Assembly: GCF_963921235.1 (NCBI RefSeq)
Contig: NC_086105.1
Span: 31,186,001-31,250,000 of the forward strand
Length of the DNA stretch: 64,000 nt
Origin: Mobula hypostoma
Lineage: Eukaryota
Reading direction: 5' to 3'
The notes under the pieces were generated by a model. The model searched no databases. It worked only from the letters and a program-made list of their open reading frames with translations, and had not been told where the DNA came from. A program made the position numbers and the translations under genes. Below are positions 63,380 through 64,000 of this stretch, one piece after another; position 1 is the stretch's first letter, and every line of letters starts with the position of its first letter.

Positions 63380-64000
63380 AAATTCTCGCATCACTACCCC
63401 GGCATTGACCGGTAACTGTTGCACTCACCCGCCCTCTCCCATTGGCCCGTGGGCGTTACAACGTCCCCGGCACCAGACGCTTTAGCTTCCCCATTCGCCG
63501 TTTGCATCCCACCTGACCTCCAAAGTGCCATTTCATTGGTCCGCGCTGATAGAACGCTGGAAATTCAAATAATATCTAACTGCTGACAAAGTGTTACAAG
63601 AAACCCAGAGGCGATTCGGCGGCCTGGAAGCAGCGACCACGCACAGGCTGGGGCGAAGGAGCAGACCTGGTTAGGGTGGCGACCCAGACTCTGGGAGTGG
63701 CCCGATCAAACCGAAGCAATAACCCGCAGAGGTCGGGCAACTAAATAGCACCGGAGGTCAGGACATCGACCCAGCGGGAACCCGCACAGCACAGTCCGGC
63801 TGGGACTTTGCCATCGCCGTCCCCGGAATGCCCCAGATCGTAAACTAAGACAGGGTCGAGGTCGACGCACTTCGCTGGACTCGCTAATATGCAGGTGAGC
63901 GCAGAGAGCAGGCTCGATATCGACATCTGGCCTGTATTCGACCCACCGCAGGCCTCGGTGTAAAACTGCCCAGAGTTCCAGAGTCTCCCCTCTGCTGTTT
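63380..64000. promoter_or_regulatory. Putative bidirectional RHNO1/FOXM1 promoter with non-coding first exons
   Basis: CpG island. ATTGG at 63441-63445 and 63535-63539, inverted CHR TTCAAA at 63564-63569, MYB-like TAACTG near 63577. Minus-strand donor G|GTGAGT at 63428 and plus-strand donor CAG|GTGAGC at 63895. FOXM1 identity is inferred from synteny only; no FOXM1 coding sequence is in the window. Confidence 0.6.

Overview
Eukaryotic, AT-rich vertebrate DNA; the repeat families present suggest a cartilaginous fish (inference). Host genes, all read by eye: RHNO1 on the minus strand (two coding exons, 42439-42603 and 41131-41970, 334 aa) and the 5' end of a tubby-family gene, most likely TULP3 (probable exon 1 at 30184-30203 in a CpG island, exon 2 at 2112-2163). 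A CpG-rich divergent promoter at about 63.4-64 kb fits the known FOXM1-RHNO1-TULP3 synteny. Most of the rest is nested transposable elements. These include GIY-YIG Penelope elements carrying a minimal hammerhead-ribozyme motif plus short derivatives, a complete but pol-deleted Gmr1-like Gypsy LTR element with an open Gag-protease ORF, and a decayed BEL/Pao element. There is also a HERO-like RLE LINE lacking its endonuclease core, two L1-derived elements with ORF1 sequence but most of ORF2 deleted, stacked Rex1/Babar LINEs, CR1 LINEs, an RNase H-bearing I/Nimb-type LINE, a tRNA-derived SINE, and hAT and Tc1 remnants. The most interesting signals are the hammerhead-bearing Penelope system with its short, inverted and microhomology-joined copies, and the repeated appearance of non-autonomous elements that keep structural (Gag/ORF1) genes but lose the enzymes. 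No searches or folding programs were run, so repeat-family names come from recognised motifs.
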